DNA of 64,000 nt from an uncultured Actinomycetota bacterium (lineage in GTDB: Bacteria; Actinomycetota; Actinomycetes; S36-B12; UBA10799). This document shows, piece after piece, positions 60,934 to 64,000 of this stretch (position 1 is the stretch's first letter; every line of letters begins with the position of its first letter). The position numbers and the translations under genes are program-made. Where the stretch lies: contig CAWFSJ010000001.1 in the NCBI GenBank assembly GCA_963818505.1, positions 372,348 through 436,347 of the forward strand, in the 5' to 3' direction. A model generated the notes under the pieces. It was given only the letters and a program-made list of their open reading frames with translations, made no database searches and was not told the origin of the DNA.

Positions 60934-61638
60934 ATGCGGACCAATCGCAACAGGATCGAATTCGAATCCCGCCTGATCCGTAGATATCCGCTGCAACCTC
61001 ACGACCAGCAGGATCTTGCCCTCAATGCCCACAAGCACGAGGTCGCCCGGCGCGCTGGACTGCCGGTGCCGGCCATTCTGGCCGTGCACGATGAGCCGCC
61101 CCTACATCTGGTGATGGAGCGGGCCAACGGGACTCCCCTGATGGAGACCGAACTGACTCTGCCCGCTCAGCGGCGCCTCGGTGAGCAGCTCGCCACGTTC
61201 ACCGAGCAGATGCGGCGCATGCGCGATTGGGAATCCATTGGACCCACCTGGGCCACCTTGTGGTCCGTGCTGGCACAGGTTTGCGACTCCGCTGCTTGTG
61301 ATGCGGCGGCAGTGACAGCAGCCGAAGTGACCACCACGCTCGTGCACGGCGATCTCAGTGCCGGCAACCTGCTGGTGAGCCAGGACGGGGACCTGGTCGC
61401 TGTCATCGACTGGGACGGCGCGGCGTTGGCGGATCCGGCCATGGACTGGTCGGCGCTCAACGCCAACTGCGGGCCGGCTGTGGTCGAGGCCCTTCGTCAG
61501 AACACCGCGGAGGCCGCCGAGCTCGATCGACGGGCGGCCATCTACCTGGACACCTGGCCTGTGCAGCACGACCTGTGGGAACAGGGTCGCCATCCCTGGC
61601 TATCCGGGGACCGGCCCGTCTCCGAACCGCGTCTTTGA
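60934..61638 (+). CDS. Aminoglycoside-phosphotransferase-family kinase
   Basis: LPVP, HGDLSAGNLL, VIDWD, DPAMD. Confidence 0.85.
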   Translation: MRTNRNRIEFESRLIRRYPLQPHDQQDLALNAHKHEVARRAGLPVPAILAVHDEPPLHLVMERANGTPLMETELTLPAQRRLGEQLATFTEQMRRMRDWESIGPTWATLWSVLAQVCDSAACDAAAVTAAEVTTTLVHGDLSAGNLLVSQDGDLVAVIDWDGAALADPAMDWSALNANCGPAVVEALRQNTAEAAELDRRAAIYLDTWPVQHDLWEQGRHPWLSGDRPVSEPRL

Positions 61639-62553
61639 CGGATTGAGCGGATGCTCGGCCCCACGGGGGATGTCGTCCCACGCACGGGGGTCCTCCAAGG
61701 GCTCGATGTGGATGCTGACCACGGCTCCGGGAAGTCGCTCCCCGATCTCGTCCTCTACCTGCTGGGCAAGGTCGTGGGCTTCGCGCACACTGCTTGCGCC
61801 GGGCACCAACATGTGAAGGGAAACGAAGCGCTGGCGTCCGGCCGCGCGGCTCTGCAAAGCGTGGAAATGGACCTCGTCGGATTCGTGGGACTCCAGAACC
61901 GCTACCACCTCGTCGATATCGGCATCCGAGAGTCGCTCGTCCAGCAGTCCCGACACCGACTCGCGCAGCAGCCCCCAGCCGGTCCACAGGATGTTGGCGC
62001 CGACCAGCAACGCGATGATCGGGTCGAGGCGCTCCAACCCCGTGAGCGCCACCGCACCGACACCTACGACGACCCCGGCTGAGGTCCAGACGTCGGTCAA
62101 CAGGTGCTTGCCATCAGCGATCAGGACCAGTGATCGATGCTTGCGGCCCACCCGAAGCAGAATGAACGCCACGGCACCGTTGAGGCCCGAGGCGAGCACC
62201 GAGATGAGCAGACCGATTCCGACTTGTTCCAGCGGCTCGGGCGACAGCAAACGATTGATGGCGGTGGCGATGATCGCCGCTGAGGCGGCCAGGATGAGGA
62301 AACCCTCCACCATGGCCGATAGGTACTCGGCCTTGCCATGACCGAAGTGGTGCTCGGCATCGGCCGGTCGGTTGGCTGCCCGCAAAGCGAACACGGCGAC
62401 GAGTGCGGCCCCGATGTTGACCGTCGACTCAAGGGCATCTGATAGTAGACCCACGGATCCGGTGAGTTGCCACGCCCAGGTCTTGAGCCCCAGCACGACG
62501 ATCCCGGTGACCACCGAAAGCCACGCGAAACGCTCGAGGTACCTACCGGTCAT
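61600..62553 (-). CDS. Cation diffusion facilitator (FieF-like)
   Basis: SDALES, HHFGHGKAE, HLLTD, HIEP. Confidence 0.93.
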   Translation of the reverse strand: MTGRYLERFAWLSVVTGIVVLGLKTWAWQLTGSVGLLSDALESTVNIGAALVAVFALRAANRPADAEHHFGHGKAEYLSAMVEGFLILAASAAIIATAINRLLSPEPLEQVGIGLLISVLASGLNGAVAFILLRVGRKHRSLVLIADGKHLLTDVWTSAGVVVGVGAVALTGLERLDPIIALLVGANILWTGWGLLRESVSGLLDERLSDADIDEVVAVLESHESDEVHFHALQSRAAGRQRFVSLHMLVPGASSVREAHDLAQQVEDEIGERLPGAVVSIHIEPLEDPRAWDDIPRGAEHPLNPSKTRFGDGPVPG

Positions 62554-63362
62554 AGACTCATCCACCGCCGAAGTTCGGACACGGGGACGGATCTGTCGAC
62601 TCTGGCGCGCAGTCCCCGGTCGCTGGTCACAACAAGAGCGTTCTCCAGACTACGCGCACGCTCGGCAATGGTGTCGTCACCGGCACCCGTTGCCCGGACG
62701 ATTCGGACCAGCGAATCGGGTCCAGTGTCGGCCACGGCAACCGCTTGCCCCTCCACCACCAGTTCAAGGTGCGCGATCAGCGTGGGCTTGTCATCGACAA
62801 CCACCGGGCGTCCGGCGATCGCCGCGACCTGAGCACCCAGGCGCTGCGTCGCGCCCACCCGGTCGTGCCACCACCCGTCCGGGGTACTGCCCACCACATT
62901 CGCCGAGTCGATAACCAGACTCACCCAGGGCAGGAGCAACTCTGGCAGCGACGCTTCGAAACCGGGATGCAGCCGAATGAGGCCGAGGTCGTCGACATCC
63001 ACCCAGCGCAACTCAACGCTCTCAGCGTGCGCGGTGACAGGTGGGCGCTGCTGTGCTGTGGCGATCACTGTGTCGTAATGCCAGTCGGGGTGGGCCATGC
63101 GATGTACGCCTGAGATCCTGAGCAGAGCCGGGTCGACTGCGGCCTCCTCTGCGGCTTCCCGCAGCGCCGCTGCAGTCACCGACTCATGGGAGTCCTTGGC
63201 CCCACCGGGGATCGCCCAACTCCCGCCTTGATGGGCCCAATCAGGCCGCAGCTGCATGAGTACCGCATCACCGACTCGAAGGAACAGCCCCGCCGCTCCG
63301 TACTTGCCCCAATGGCGGTTCCCGCACGCACAGCGCACCCAGCCATTGCCGTCGTGCTCCAC
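62550..63362 (-). CDS. NUDIX hydrolase fused to a NYN/PIN-like domain
   Basis: Nudix box GGAKDSHESVTAAALREAAEE; C-terminal IDSANVVGS.PDGWW, GDD, VTSDR.L. Confidence 0.85.
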   Translation of the reverse strand: MEHDGNGWVRCACGNRHWGKYGAAGLFLRVGDAVLMQLRPDWAHQGGSWAIPGGAKDSHESVTAAALREAAEEAAVDPALLRISGVHRMAHPDWHYDTVIATAQQRPPVTAHAESVELRWVDVDDLGLIRLHPGFEASLPELLLPWVSLVIDSANVVGSTPDGWWHDRVGATQRLGAQVAAIAGRPVVVDDKPTLIAHLELVVEGQAVAVADTGPDSLVRIVRATGAGDDTIAERARSLENALVVTSDRGLRARVDRSVPVSELRRWMSL

Positions 63363-63365
63363 CGG

Positions 63366-63929
63366 TCAGCGCAGACCGGCACGACATGCCGGCAGGACGG
63401 ACTCCAACGTGTCAGCGGCCTTCGTGGCACCTGTCTCGATGTCGGGGCCTGAATGGATCTGCGCCAGTGCCTTGATCCCTGCCGCAGAGCACGTCTGAGC
63501 GTTGGACAGCTGGAAGCGGATGGCAGCCGCGCGTGCTCGCGCCTTTCGGGCCGCCGAGTCGGCTTGGCGTGCCGCCTTCTCAGCCACGCGCTGGGACGTC
63601 ACCTGCCGAGCGACGTTGGCCTCAGATGCAGACAATTGCTTCTTGGTCAGGTTGAGCCTCTGCACGAGCCCCGAAAGTCGCTCCTGGGACGTGGACAGCT
63701 GGGTCAACAGTTGATCGTTGCGTCGTGTCAGATCGGCGTTCTCCGAGCGCAGGTCCTCAGCAGTCGCTGTTGCCCCAGCCTCGCTCGCCTTCGCGCTGTC
63801 CAGCCTGCTTCGAAGAACCACGTTGATCAGCAGCAACGTCAAGGTCAGGACTGCGAGGATCGCCACAGCCACCTGCCATCGGCGCAATACGGTGACCTGC
63901 CCGCCCGATTGTTGCGGCACCTCAGCCAT
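63366..63929 (-). CDS. Single-TM coiled-coil protein
   Basis: N-terminal TM, heptad-rich helix, C-terminal Cys pair; GAAGGG RBS. Confidence 0.75.
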   Translation of the reverse strand: MAEVPQQSGGQVTVLRRWQVAVAILAVLTLTLLLINVVLRSRLDSAKASEAGATATAEDLRSENADLTRRNDQLLTQLSTSQERLSGLVQRLNLTKKQLSASEANVARQVTSQRVAEKAARQADSAARKARARAAAIRFQLSNAQTCSAAGIKALAQIHSGPDIETGATKAADTLESVLPACRAGLR

Positions 63930-64000
63930 CGCTGTCCCTTCGGTCGCTGCCGGCCCCCACGCTACCCCGTGGCCGGTTCTCCCCCAGCTCTGCGCGTGTC

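Overview
High-GC actinobacterial chromosomal window. I found no rRNA, tRNA, integrase, transposase or CRISPR array. The core block (about 20.6-43 kb) has the usual actinobacterial order: msrB, hemQ-hemG-hemE, DUF3000, LuxR regulator, rnd, fadA-fadB, dxs, acnA, TRAM methyltransferase, KimA-like permease, two trkA. It is flanked by accessory regions with two NarL-type two-component systems, an ECF sigma factor, a MoxR-DUF58-transglutaminase operon, many small secreted proteins, a FIST/hybrid-kinase pair, bfd-bfr-zwf under an IdeR box, and KhtTU. The most notable observations are: (1) a 38-aa ORF missing from the ORF track (57003-57119) with exact lasso-peptide leader spacing and no maturation genes in the window; (2) an animal-type (UPP1-like) uridine phosphorylase downstream of a clavaminate-synthase-like Fe/2OG dioxygenase whose leader could form an SD-sequestering pseudoknot; (3) two families of nested palindromic intergenic repeats, one amplified as a 131-bp tandem array; (4) a transglutaminase-like protein that has lost all three catalytic residues; (5) decayed pncA and EamA genes. 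All family calls come from motif recognition by eye, with no database searches, and start codons are best guesses.
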